Positions 9,284-20,000 of a stretch of DNA of 20,000 bases are shown one piece after another. A program made the translations under genes and the position numbers. Under the pieces are notes generated by a model that was not told the DNA's origin, did no database searches, and worked only from the letters and a program-made list of their open reading frames with translations. Position 1 is the stretch's first letter; each line of letters opens with the position of its first letter. The DNA is from Catajapyx aquilonaris (lineage: Eukaryota): NCBI GenBank assembly GCA_000934665.2, contig JYFJ02001660.1, positions 53,622-73,621 on the forward strand, in the 5' to 3' direction.

Positions 9284-10793
9284 GTAAATTTTATGAGCGA
9301 AAAAATGACAACAGCCAAACTTATCCACCTCTAATTAGACTTTTTTTTTTTTTTGAAATAATTCTTCATCATCACATTGGAATAAAGACAGTTGGACATT
9401 TCAAAATTAACATCAACATATGTGATTTAACTCGATTCGCAAAAAGAATGGTGCAATTGACTGCGCCTTTTTGTGAATCCAGCCTTATATTACAAAATGG
9501 GATATTTTTAGTAACAATATGAAAATGAGCAGTACTTAAATGTTTTCAAACTGATCACAAGAATTGCATTATTTTTGTCAACACCATTTGTTATTGGTCC
9601 ATATCCCATTTTGTATATGTCCACTCTTTGTTCTCCCCAATTTTTTCCAGAATATAATTTTTTCTTCTCCATCTTTTCCCAAAGCTATTCCTGAGCTAGT
9701 TCTTCTATACACTTGCAGCAGGCCTTAAATCTTGTTAAGTCTGGCAGTAAATCTGCCTCTCACTTGCATATGACCCGGTGGCTCGTCACCTTGGCCAATC
9801 CGAGACGCAGTTCGGGAAAGGGCTATTAAAATCACATTTTGGTCCGGCTGCACTTAAAAACGATCGTCTCTTCTCTCTCCTCCACAGATGAGTTAAAACG
9901 GAGGCTCATTTCGGTTTCTCATGACACATGAGACGATGCTTGCTTTGCTTTTCTTCTTCCACGTGCAAGAAGTTGCATAATGCGGATACTAATATTTATA
10001 GACTAGGTCATGCGTGGAGAAGATGAGTGTTATGTACTTTGCGAGAACTTGCAGCAAGCCGGGTTCAATTACATTGAAGGGTAAATGGTCTGGAGGATTT
10101 GAAAAAACCTGATTTCGGGTGGTGCAAATGCTCCATGTGATCATATTGTCCCAGGGAGGTGTCTAATGGGGGTGTAGTAGATAACACAGCCAGTAGTGCT
10201 TCATTATTGTACCATTCAAAGTGTGCTGGGGAATGAGGAAGGTGCTGGAAGAAGGCATTGATGACAGGTAGGACAAGACAGTAAGCTTAAGAATTATTGT
10301 TGGGGCAACAGTATTGTACATCAATAATAAGTAATTATGACTGGGTGTCCACTTCAAAGAGGAACTTGAGGTGTTTAACAAAATTAAATTCTAGCATACT
10401 TTTACAGGACCATTTTATTTGCAGTACAAAACATTTTCCAAAGCACCTTTTTGCAAATAATAAAATTAAAGTTGACAATGATATTACGTATGGGAACGTA
10501 AGCAAAGGTAGGGATATCTACCTCTAACGTCACATGAGTTCAGTCAAATGTGAACCTTATGCTGTACAGCGTACAATATTATGAACATAAAAAAACCAGA
10601 GTAACTGAAACAAACCTCACCATTTAAAAATAATGACTGTAGGGTTGTTGAAATTAAAACAACTGTAAATAATCCAAAGCATAAAAACGCAAAAGGCAAC
10701 TGAGATCACACACAACACATTTTGATTAACAATCCAAATTTAACTTAAAAAATTGGTACCTTACAATGCGTAGGAAAAAAACAAAATGAACAT

Positions 10794-10908
10794 TCATTGC
10801 CTCTTGCCCTCTCCTGCACCCTTGAAAGCCATGCCAGGATGTGACATGTGCTGATCCTGAAACATTTCTCGGTGCCTGTGAATCGAAGCCGACATCAAGT
10901 CTTGCAAC
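10794..10908 (-). CDS. IKKB: IKK last coding exon
   Basis: [37 protein letters not shown]; phase-2 acceptor TTACAG matches previous donor. Confidence 0.75.
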
Positions 10909-13900
10909 CTGTAATTGAATTTAGACATGAGCAGTACCACCAACGCTTATCATGCCTCACTGTACAAACATTACCTCGAAATTTTTGAATTTGGAGGGAG
11001 TAGCCCTTTTCGCAAAATACTTACTGGTATCGCAGAACCATGTTCTCGTGCATAATTGACTTTGACTCCTCCGCACCCTTGGCAAGCACAAAGGAGAGGC
11101 TGAGTGGTGCTGGTATCTCCTGCCCATTGTTGGTAGGTACTGGCATCGATGCGGAACTGCTAGCTTCTGATCTGAGATCCATGCTTGGGCCTGCCGCTGA
11201 GCCCTGTAGGAATATTTTTAAATGTGTGTTTTCTTATTATTTTCATACAAAAGTACGATACAGATGGATAGCTACTTACATTTGCCATATGAACTAGCTG
11301 CCACACGTCCACCTGCCTTTGCTGCTGCACCAATCTCAGTTCAGCCTTCACAGAGTCTATTTCCTTCACGGACTCCTCCAGGTGGGGGATAAGGTTACTC
11401 AGTTCGTTCTTGGCCTGGCTCAACTTCCTGCAGTGAACGGGGGCATGTCATTACAAATTTAATATCCACTCCTTAACTTTTTAGTACATCTCATGAACTA
11501 AATAACATGCTAGTACCCTAGGTATTGATAGAAATCCTTGAGTAACTTGTCCCTCTCCTTCAGAAAGTGGTAGACAATCTTCACCATCTGTTCGTTGTCT
11601 CGTTTCTCGTGTCGAACCTCCTTTGGTCTGCGCCTCAGCTCTTCGTAGGCTTTCAGTGCTTTTTCATACCTGTTGCATATAATCATGGTGTCATCCACTT
11701 GCGTTCCAATTTCTTATATCTCAAGGTTCAACATTTACAAAGGAGAATGTGATTTTGTTCAAGCATGTTTGGGCCGAAAATATTTGCAACAATATAAAAG
11801 TTGCAGGCACACGAGCTTTCTGGCACAATTACTTTGACACAAATAAATCTTACGTCTTATCAAACGCCTCCGAATGCTTGAGCTTTGCAAGTGGACTTCG
11901 CTGCAGCTCCACCACCTTTCCATTTTGAATCCCAGCTGCCGATTCCATCATGCTTAGAAGCTCTTGCAGTTGGGATACTTTTTGGGACATCACATCTGCA
12001 CTGCGCTTCCATGTTTGTACCACTCTCTGTGAACCTGATGCAAGTACAAAAATATGAGTACAGCATAATCGCTCCACTTTTTACACACTAACAAATATCT
12101 GTCACGTGCGTCAAAAACATAAATTCCTTATTGGATAAGTTTTCCCGCTTTTCATTATAACCATGTTTCACTGGGTACAGTAAAGGGGTTAGTTACCAGG
12201 AGCTCCTTGTGATGTATGCCTGGCGTACATGTCAATATCCAGTTGAACAGAATCCGAGAAGAAAGCATGGTAGGCCATGACTTGATGGCATCCAGACTGC
12301 ATTCGCTGGTTGACTTTGTGGAGGTGAGCATTTCTCAGCAAGAGATTAAGCCTGTAAAGTGCAGACATTTTATACAGATCTGAATTTCACTGCAACAGAA
12401 GCTCAAGCGTTCAGTATTTCAAGCACTCACATGCAAACCCTCTGTGCCTGAAGCAGTTGCTGGTAGAGCCCCATCTCCCTCTGTAGCAAATACACGGATG
12501 TAGCCCACATCCGCCTCTGGTGATGGTATTCCACGGGAGCCTTCGGATCCTGCAGCATCTGCTCTACTGGCTGGGGTATCTTTGGACTTATCTGAGGCGG
12601 TGCCCATGACAGAGATGGACAGTCCTTCTTGAACACGTACAATTTCCAGTCTTCCACTTCCTGCAGGACACAGTCATTTTATTACTAGCCTTTAAAAAAA
12701 AGTTGGACGGCAGAAAAACTTACAGGCACAGCCCAGCATTGCAAAGCTCGCTTCACGGACTCTGGAGGGCTGCCCCTGGGCAGCAGTAGCTCCTGATCTT
12801 CCTCAAGTATTCCTGTATCTTCAGCTATCCACTTCTGCACAGTCTCAAGTTCAGTCAGTTCATCGATTTCGTAACTCAGCTGCTGGCAGGTGTGCACACT
12901 GAATACTCTCATGATCTGAAAGCAGCAGGTATTGTCCTTGTAATGCTAACATTTTACACAGAATAAGCTCGGACAGCTCAAGAATGATCAAAGTAGTACT
13001 TTAGGTAGACAACTAAGATCATACATTGTAGCAGTTCAAATTACCTCATAAAAAGAAAATATATTTTTATTTCATAGTGAATAGCCTATCTGTGCTTAAT
13101 TAAAATTTTCCTTCTATTCAGACTCATACACATGACTCTAAATAGATATCAAACAGGGTCTCAAATAATAGCTGCAGCAGAAATATGACATTGGCAATCT
13201 GTACTTTTTCAGATTAAACAGATCACAGCAATTTGTGATTTTTACTTCATCTTTTTCAAGCAAGAGAGACAAAACAGGTGCTGATGCCATCTCTCATCCT
13301 TTTCTCGCCATTTCTCTGAAACAGTGCCAATTACATCATGGGATTGAGATAGGACGTGAGTAAGGGTGGCTGATACAGCACTTTTTTCATAAGCATTTGG
13401 ACTCTGCGACAGAGAATTTTAATGCATTGTGCAACTGGTCGTGTCTTACAAACTGCAGATGAACTCAATATGCTGTTAACTTTTAAAGCCACACGTGGTC
13501 CGCAAAACAAACCTTTCTCTCCAGTACGTCGTTCAGCAGGTGAAATGCAAGGGTTTCACTTCCATCTGCGTCTTGCACACGTCCTCTCTTTCGCGGATCC
13601 CATTCCAGCATCACTTTCAGCCAGGATTCCATGTGGTGTTTCAGCATACTGAAATAATTACGAAGAAGAAAACATGGTCACATGGTTTCAGGGGGTTGAG
13701 AAAATTAACATTACCTGGTGATATGATTTTCAGGGAAAATGCTGGAGGAGAAAACAATATTTCCATTCACAGTTTGATGGGCGCAGATGTCATCTGATGA
13801 TTTTGTCTCGACATGCTGCATCCTAAAATCATTATTGAGCTCAGTACATGCCGGTTACTGCTTATTAAGGTCTCCAAATATTTCAAATATATTTAGGCTA

Positions 13901-15359
13901 TAAAATTACTCTCTCTCGTTAAAATAATGCTTGAGAAATGCTGATGCACAATGCTTTCTCTGGTTATTAAAGCAATAATAAATGATTTATTTTTTTATCA
14001 AGCAAAAGTATTTACCATTGTGCTGGAGGCATGTTGGGTAAGAAAGGCCTGAAGCCTACGATGCATTCGTGCGCAACCAACCCAAGACTCCAGAAATCAA
14101 CAGTGCTGCTGTACCTGGAAACACACCAGTTTGTATGTCAGACTTCAGAACAAGTACAGATCAGTACAATTAGTGCATACTTCTTGCTAAGGAAGAGCTC
14201 CGGGGCCAAATACTGCAGAGTTCCCACGAATGAGGTGCACAGGCTGCTCTGATCCAGCTCTTTGGCATAACCAAGATCAATCAATTTGTACACGATCTGC
14301 AAAGAATGGCGACTTGTAAAAATTAACGACCACATCAGGAAATGATTTGAGAGTACCTTTCCATCAACATCTTGCAAGACGATGTTTTCGGGCTTCAGGT
14401 CCCTGTGAGTAATCTTCATCGAGTGCAGATAATTGACTGCATTTGTAATGTCCTGAACCAGCACTCGGAAGTGGGTTTCCTTAATGCCGCAACAGTTTTC
14501 CGGACGATTTAGGACCTGAAATAACACATTATGTAGCATTAACATGACGCCTTCACTTTGTCCAAAAATTTATGTGTAAAACAAGCTTAAAAATGACCAT
14601 CATGAAGTGACTGACCTGCCTCAAGTCCCCCTTGGTGCAATACTCCATACACAGCAATGGTAGTTCAACCCGAAGGGCATCCAGCTGCGGTGGCACGGGA
14701 AGCGCTTTGACCACATTTCTGTGGTCCAAGCGGCCCATTATTTCTACTTCCTTCTCCCAGCGCTCCTTGTACTTTGGGCTCATTAGGCCATCTGTGCCCC
14801 ATCTGCATTTCTTCAGGGCTGAAAAGTATCATTTTATTTAAACAATACTATGCTACGATTGTTACATAACACACGGTACAGAACATTTTGGTTCAAACTG
14901 GCAAAATTTCGCATGACGATATTGTGTCTGACCATTTTCTTGTCCAAAATGTCAAAAATTACCCTTCGTCCAAAAGTTTTTAGTTACAGGTCTTGTCCAA
15001 ACCTTTATGTACTTGGGTACACCAGGCCTAAAAATTGTACCAGATGCAAATATACAATTACGATACAGATGACAATTCTGGCAGAGAAAACTTTTTGGGA
15101 CGAGCTATGCTTGTATGAAAATTTTGGATTTTCGGATAACGGCTTATCCAATTCAGTAGATCAATATATTGTCATGCACATGCAATTAACATTACTTAAA
15201 TTGCTGTTGTTGCAACATACCCAGCATGGCATCTGTGTCCACATTCCGCCAGAGCGTAACTGTCCCAAATCCCCCACTGCCCAACAGCCTTTCTTGAATC
15301 CATGGCCCCAACTCCCGAGGCTCCGATCCAACAGGCGGAGGCGACCCAACGGAAGCCAT
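10794..15359 (-). CDS. IKKB: IkappaB kinase alpha/beta family kinase (IKK-beta/ird5-like), complete, 15 coding exons, 770 aa
   Basis: Manual splicing, all GT-AG and phase-consistent: 15359-15221, 14818-14616, 14515-14357, 14296-14181, 14114-14016, 13822-13715, 13648-13513, 12915-12724, 12660-12431, 12351-12197, 12034-11854, 11669-11517, 11427-11280, 11203-11025, 10908-10794 (2313 nt). Motifs [63 protein letters not shown] (human IKK-beta [27 protein letters not shown]), ubiquitin-like domain ([13 protein letters not shown]), helical scaffold (VELQRSP). In-frame TAA immediately before the ATG. Confidence 0.96.
11025..11203 (-). CDS. IKKB: IKK coding exon 14 (Ser/Pro-rich linker)
   Basis: [21 protein letters not shown]...[15 protein letters not shown]; donor GTAAGT. 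Confidence 0.82.
11280..11427 (-). CDS. IKKB: IKK coding exon 13
   Basis: [18 protein letters not shown]...[16 protein letters not shown]; donor GTAAGT. Confidence 0.9.
11517..11669 (-). CDS. IKKB: IKK coding exon 12
   Basis: [17 protein letters not shown]...[27 protein letters not shown]. Confidence 0.9.
11854..12034 (-). CDS. IKKB: IKK coding exon 11
   Basis: [11 protein letters not shown]...[21 protein letters not shown]. Confidence 0.9.
12197..12351 (-). CDS. IKKB: IKK coding exon 10
   Basis: [12 protein letters not shown]...[22 protein letters not shown]; phase 2 in, phase 1 out. Confidence 0.9.
12431..12660 (-). CDS. IKKB: IKK coding exon 9
   Basis: [12 protein letters not shown]...[22 protein letters not shown]...LLQAQRVC; donor GTGAGT. 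Confidence 0.92.
12724..12915 (-). CDS. IKKB: IKK coding exon 8 (ubiquitin-like domain)
   Basis: [19 protein letters not shown]...[17 protein letters not shown]...QCWAVP; donor GTAAGT. Confidence 0.92.
13513..13648 (-). CDS. IKKB: IKK coding exon 7 (end of kinase domain)
   Basis: [22 protein letters not shown]...LLNDVLERK. Confidence 0.92.
13715..13822 (-). CDS. IKKB: IKK coding exon 6
   Basis: [35 protein letters not shown]; phase 2 at both ends. Confidence 0.9.
14016..14114 (-). CDS. IKKB: IKK coding exon 5
   Basis: [33 protein letters not shown]; phase 2 at both ends. Confidence 0.93.
14181..14296 (-). CDS. IKKB: IKK coding exon 4 (activation loop)
   Basis: [38 protein letters not shown]. 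Confidence 0.95.
14357..14515 (-). CDS. IKKB: IKK coding exon 3 (catalytic loop)
   Basis: [13 protein letters not shown]...[17 protein letters not shown]. Confidence 0.95.
14616..14818 (-). CDS. IKKB: IKK coding exon 2
   Basis: (A)[27 protein letters not shown]...[11 protein letters not shown]; donor CAG|GTCAGT. Confidence 0.95.
15221..15359 (-). CDS. IKKB: IKK coding exon 1 (start codon, Gly-rich loop)
   Basis: [46 protein letters not shown]; acceptor 5 nt upstream of ATG; phase-1 donor G|GTATGT. Confidence 0.92.
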
Positions 15360-16038
15360 TTATTCTAACAGAAGAAAAAAGCAACGTACTGTTAACAAAC
15401 AAGTTATTTTGTCAATGAAGAATCAATACCAAAGTGCAGAATTTGTCTCGCTGTCAATCACAATGCGAGCTCCTAGATAGTAATGCACATCAAGTAGATA
15501 GTGCATGATGAAATTCTACAATCAGCTTACAAGGATTACTGTCAGGTCCACTACAATCAATATTGTCAACACTTGACTTGAACATGTAATATTATCACAA
15601 CAATTAATGTCATATGCCACAAACATTAATGCATAATTGGTCGTAAAAGCTACTGTGTAAATAACCATTTAACTACCTTACAGTAAAATGTCTACTGATT
15701 GTAAAGATACGTGGGATAAGCCCAATATTATTAAATGCAATTAGTGCAAATAGTGCTGTGGAAGTTCTTCTTAAAACATAAGGTTCAATATTAGTGTATT
15801 AAATTTCTAATGTAATGTTACTGTGATGTTATTTCACGTCGACTCAGCCTTAACGACAAGTTGACTTTATCCAACCGATCGTTGTCACCCATCTTACCTA
15901 CTGTCCCTCTGAATTTCTTGAAAGATCCAGACTCCATGAGCAATGAAGTGAAACCTAAAAGAAGGTTCCCCTGAAGGAATTTCAGTCCCCCATGTTTTTT
16001 TGGAGGGGGACCACTAGAGAGCTGGCATAGGGCCAAAC

Positions 16039-16465
16039 TATCGATCTACTTTTGGGACTACGTCTCACGATGGTTCAAGTCTGGTCCACTTTTGGGTTCT
16101 CCCAAAATCGTGGTGATCACACGGGATGAAGTTGAGTCCAGTTGAGGTCCAGAAAAGAGATGAAAATTTTTTGGAGGCTGCTGAGCCCTGGAGAGAGTCA
16201 CAGGTTCAATGGGCGCGTTCAGTTATCAGGACGTGCAGAGAATCATGACGTCACATGCTTACATGGCTCTCTTTTAAAGTCACATTTAATGCCAGTTATT
16301 TCCAAATAATTAGTTTAAATGCATATAGTGCTAATTTATGCACTTTCATGGATCACATTTAGCATTCAAACCACACAGTGCCTTACATGTGAGAGTTTTC
16401 GAACGCACTCTTTCCTCTCGCCGGAGAGAAGCACATCTGGTAAATTTTCTGATTCCATCACGTGA
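16039..16465 (-). promoter_or_regulatory. Probable IKK promoter region
   Basis: DRE core TATCGAT 16039-16045, full CRE TGACGTCA 16246-16253 and E-box TCACGTGA 16458-16465, upstream of the first coding exon, which begins at a splice acceptor; motif presence only. Confidence 0.4.
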
Positions 16466-16527
16466 CCTGACAGGTACCGTATTTGCATTATACGGTAGTG
16501 TTGAATTCAGGACCGTTTTCCGATATA

Positions 16528-16952
16528 CAGGGTGATCCTAAAGTATGGACACATAGATAACAACATTATATTGTTGGTTGACAATTGGTATCCTGGCAAC
16601 CCACAATATTTTTATTATTTATTTTATTTTATTTATTTTACCCCATTGGGAGAATCGGCGCTCCATTAGGGGGGGGGGGGGTGGAATACCACCATATGAT
16701 GGGGTTAAAGGTAGGGAAGGAAGGAAGCGGCTGTGGCCTATTATACGGAAACGATCCCGGAATTGTCCTGGGGGGGACCGTGGAAAACCACGGTCAGGAT
16801 CGCCGGCCCCGGGAATCGAACCCAGGACCTCCCGATTAGCAGTCGGACTCCTTAACCACCACACCAACCTGCTTCGGTACAACCAACAATACTCGTATAA
16901 TGTTATTACTTAGGCCCCACGTGTGATGTGTCCAGACTTTAGGGTCACCCTG
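16528..16952. mobile_element. Mariner/Tc1-type MITE interrupted by a SINE
   Basis: TA flanks (16526-16527, 16953-16954); 26-bp TIRs CAGGGTGATCCTAAAGTATGGACACA match 24/26. Confidence 0.88.
16609..16879 (-). mobile_element. tRNA-derived SINE
   Basis: Minus strand: A-box-like TGGTGTGGTGG, B box GGTTCGATTCC (16812-16822), tRNA-like head 16872-16801, body, (TAAAA)n tail; 12-bp TSD CAACC(C/A)ACAATA at 16597-16608 and 16880-16891 (11/12). Confidence 0.88.
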
Positions 16953-19449
16953 TACCTGAACCCTGTACTAGTACCGCAGTAGTAATAATTGACATGTAAA
17001 AACCAAAAATGTGTCGTCTGGATTATTTTGAGGGTTTCAGAGCTTCTGAAGGAATCGCTATAGAGTAGGCTACACAGAGAAAGTGGCGCTCTCTGTCCAA
17101 GGCAGTAGGAAATAGGAGGCAATCTCTATTCTGTACGCAAAATTTACATACAATATGGTATGATAATGCCGTAATTATGGGGCTTCATAGACCTGTTATT
17201 AGTCTTTACCACGGTCCTAGTGGTCTTTATCATGGGACCATTAGTGAGAATATTTTTCTACAGACTTCCGGGGCAATGTGTAAAATTATGTGCGATTCAT
17301 ATATTATAGACAAAGCAAATTCGTGACAAATGCAAGCCGATCGCAATTATATTTAATTTGTAAATTAATTCAGATATGTGCTGCGTATAGCAGTGTGATG
17401 GGGCGACGAAGACAGCTCCAGGATGACTGTGATGGTGAATGTTTTTGCATGTTTTTCACTTCACATGCGTATTGATATTTGTATCAATTTTTGGCTACCA
17501 TATAGCCTACACAGTGTGTCCAGCACATGAGGCGACTGAACGCCCTTGAACAGGCTGCCTTGAAAGAAAAAAATTTTAAGGTGTGTATTACTCATGTCTC
17601 ACGACTTTACGCAACGTGGAATAAATTGTGTTTATCCTTGAATCGCACAGAGACCTCCGGTGATTATCGCTTATGCGTGAAGTGGGACATAACTATAAGT
17701 GCGTGAAATTTCCTTCGAACGCAACGGATCATGTTACTGTAGCCTCTCAGTTGGAAGGTGTATTTGCGCAATTCAGTGAATTACTATCTATTGTATTCGG
17801 AACTTTTAGCTCTCACCTTCCCAGGGCTTCCAATTCCTATCTCACGCTTTTACTTCGAGCTCTTTAGACGAACGACTAATTACCGTTCGCCCAATATTAT
17901 TAGGGCCACTCAAGTTTCACTTTTCACAATATTTTAGTTGGCAAATATTGTGGTTATTTGTCCGATTCCATGCAAATAATTTGCGTGGAGCAGAATTTTT
18001 AAAAAATGAGTTGCATGTTGCAGATTATTATTTTTACTACAATAATAATGGCCAAATGTGCAGTACTACAAATTAGCGAAATGGAATTATCAGTAACAAT
18101 TAATTCCAAAAATTATTCTAGTTGCAATTAATTTTGTGGTTAGGCTACATTAATTGAAAACTTTAAGGTGAAGTATGAGGAATATCAGTGATGTCATTTA
18201 CCAGATCAATTTTTTTGTTATAATAGGCTAATAATATTTGTATTAATTTTTTAAATAATTTAAAATATTCCATAAAACGCTCTTATGCCCTTGACCGGTG
18301 ATTATTAAGTTATTTTAGAATCTGACTGATCAGAATGGAATTACGTGCACTTTTATTTCAGACGCTCTGTTGCACTTTATGTCGTTGTCTCAAGGATTTT
18401 TTTACGCAATTAGTAACCGGTTTTAAGGTTTCAAAATATGTGAATCAAAAATCCACCATAAAAAAGCAAGGGTCGTATTGTTCATGCACCGGTCTGGATG
18501 GCGATGCGAAATTTCACATAAGATAACAGCTAAGGAATAACCGATAAGCCAATTTAATGTCAAGGTTACGCAGGAAACAATTAAAGCCCGTCTAGTTAGC
18601 GCAGCCGAGATTGAGATGAATCGTGCAATAATGATGGCCTTTTTTGATTTATGTGTGAAACAAGCAAGCCCAATAATATGTACTGTTATGTCATTGTTAC
18701 AGCGAAAAAACGGATCGGCTCGCAAATGAAGCAACGTAACGATGTCCCGGAAGCGTTTACACTTCCGTTTAATTATATGCTTTTGGAGCCATTATGTCTC
18801 GTTAAAACCAATAGAAGGCAAAGGTTAATTAATGCTCTGTGTAAGCGATTGTGGTCATTAGTGCTGATATCTAAGCCATCTCTATGCCGATCCAAGGAAT
18901 GTGAGTCTAATTATATGACTGTTCTGGAGCCTAACTCGTACAATAATTATCATCTCCTGCAATAACTTCATACATTGAGATAGTCGTATACTGTTCTCTA
19001 TTCGTGCCTGGGCGTTATTAAAATATTGGTTTAATTATGACCATAATTAAAGGTTTATCGCTATAGTATTAAATTTTTACTACTTTGGCGAAAGCATGCA
19101 CATTTTGCTAAAATAATGCAGATAAAATGCAAATAACTGTATTCATATGCCGGTACTCGTTTAAAGCTTTTAAAATAAAAACCAAGGATGAAATAATAAA
19201 CATTGCATAGGCCTAATAATATAATGCATATTTCAAAAAGATCTAATAAATACTGAAATAATATGATAACAAAAATGAATGCTATGATAACAAATTACTA
19301 ATAAATAGTAAATAACAATGAATTGATAAGTATTAATAAATAACGTATTATAAATGATAAATTGTGAACAGAGTATATATTATAATAACTCCTAATACTA
19401 AATAATAATAAGTAATAAATAATTATAAACAGAACAACAAAAATAAAAT

Positions 19450-19768
19450 CTGATAATAACAACTAATAAAATGTGATAATAATGACTTAAGAAAATGTGA
19501 TTACTAATAGAATGTGATAATAACAACTAATAAAATATGATAATAACAACTAATAAAATATGATAATAACTAATAAAATGCGATAATAACAACTAATAAA
19601 ATGTGATAATAACAACTAATAAAATGGAGAATAACAACTGATAAAATGTGATAAAAACAACTAATAAAATATGATAATAACTAATAAAATGCGATACTAA
19701 TAACTAATAAAAGGTGATAATAATAACTAATAAAATGTGATACTAATAACTAATAAAATATGATAATA
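19450..19768. repeat. AT-rich minisatellite, 20-23 bp unit (TGATAATAACAACTAATAAAATG-like)
   Basis: More than ten degenerate head-to-tail copies within a very AT-rich block. Confidence 0.9.
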
Positions 19769-20000
19769 GTGTTATTACTGCAATAAGTATGTTAACTAAT
19801 AATAGCAAAATGAGCAACACGACATTACATTTAATTGGCTATATTTATTAGTTTTGTTATGTTTTCATATTTAAATAGTGATGCATGATATGCATCCCCG
19901 TGACTTTCCAACTATTGCATCCAAACCCTTCACCAGGGGCCATTAGCCTTCCTGTCTTCTGAGTTGGACTACTGATGCAGCCAAACCCACTTCATATATT

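Noticed and set aside
14181..14296. TBK1/IKK-epsilon (ik2) assignment
   Set aside because: TBK1-type kinases have DFGAAREL...SLYGT; this has DLGYAKEL...SLCTSFVGT of IKK-alpha/beta
14850..15368. 172-aa plus-strand ORF as an independent gene
   Set aside because: Antisense to IKK exon 1 and intron, no recognisable motif
16801..16872. Functional tRNA-Ser(GCT) gene
   Set aside because: No long variable arm, weak D stem, mismatched acceptor stem; continues into a SINE body, A-rich tail and TSD
16578..16913. Overlapping ORFs on both strands
   Set aside because: By-product of the GC-rich SINE sequence
19450..19768. CRISPR-like array
   Set aside because: Contiguous degenerate AT-rich units without unique spacers

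Overview
Eukaryotic genomic DNA, most likely from a non-dipteran arthropod (short GT-AG introns, a TTAGG-type repeat, a vein-type EGF ligand). Two spliced genes converge tail-to-tail. On the + strand is the 3' part of a vein/neuregulin-like EGFR ligand (Ig domain + EGF domain, no transmembrane segment; exons 3375-3531, 4690-4847, 5935/5938-6025, 6107-6227, plus candidate alternative 3' exons 6911-6986 and 7046-7101); its N-terminal exons could not be placed with confidence. On the - strand is a complete 15-coding-exon IKK-alpha/beta family kinase (ATG 15359, stop 10794, 770 aa by manual splicing). Introns and intergenic DNA hold several MITE-like DNA transposons, a tRNA-derived SINE nested in a MITE, and two tandem repeats. 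I found no convincing wholly new system. The best leads are the NRG/vein-IKK adjacency (echoing human NRG1-IKBKB and NRG3-CHUK linkage), alternative C-termini of the ligand, a telomere-repeat-carrying MITE in a CA tract, and an unexplained multi-frame-open segment at about 2100-2680.
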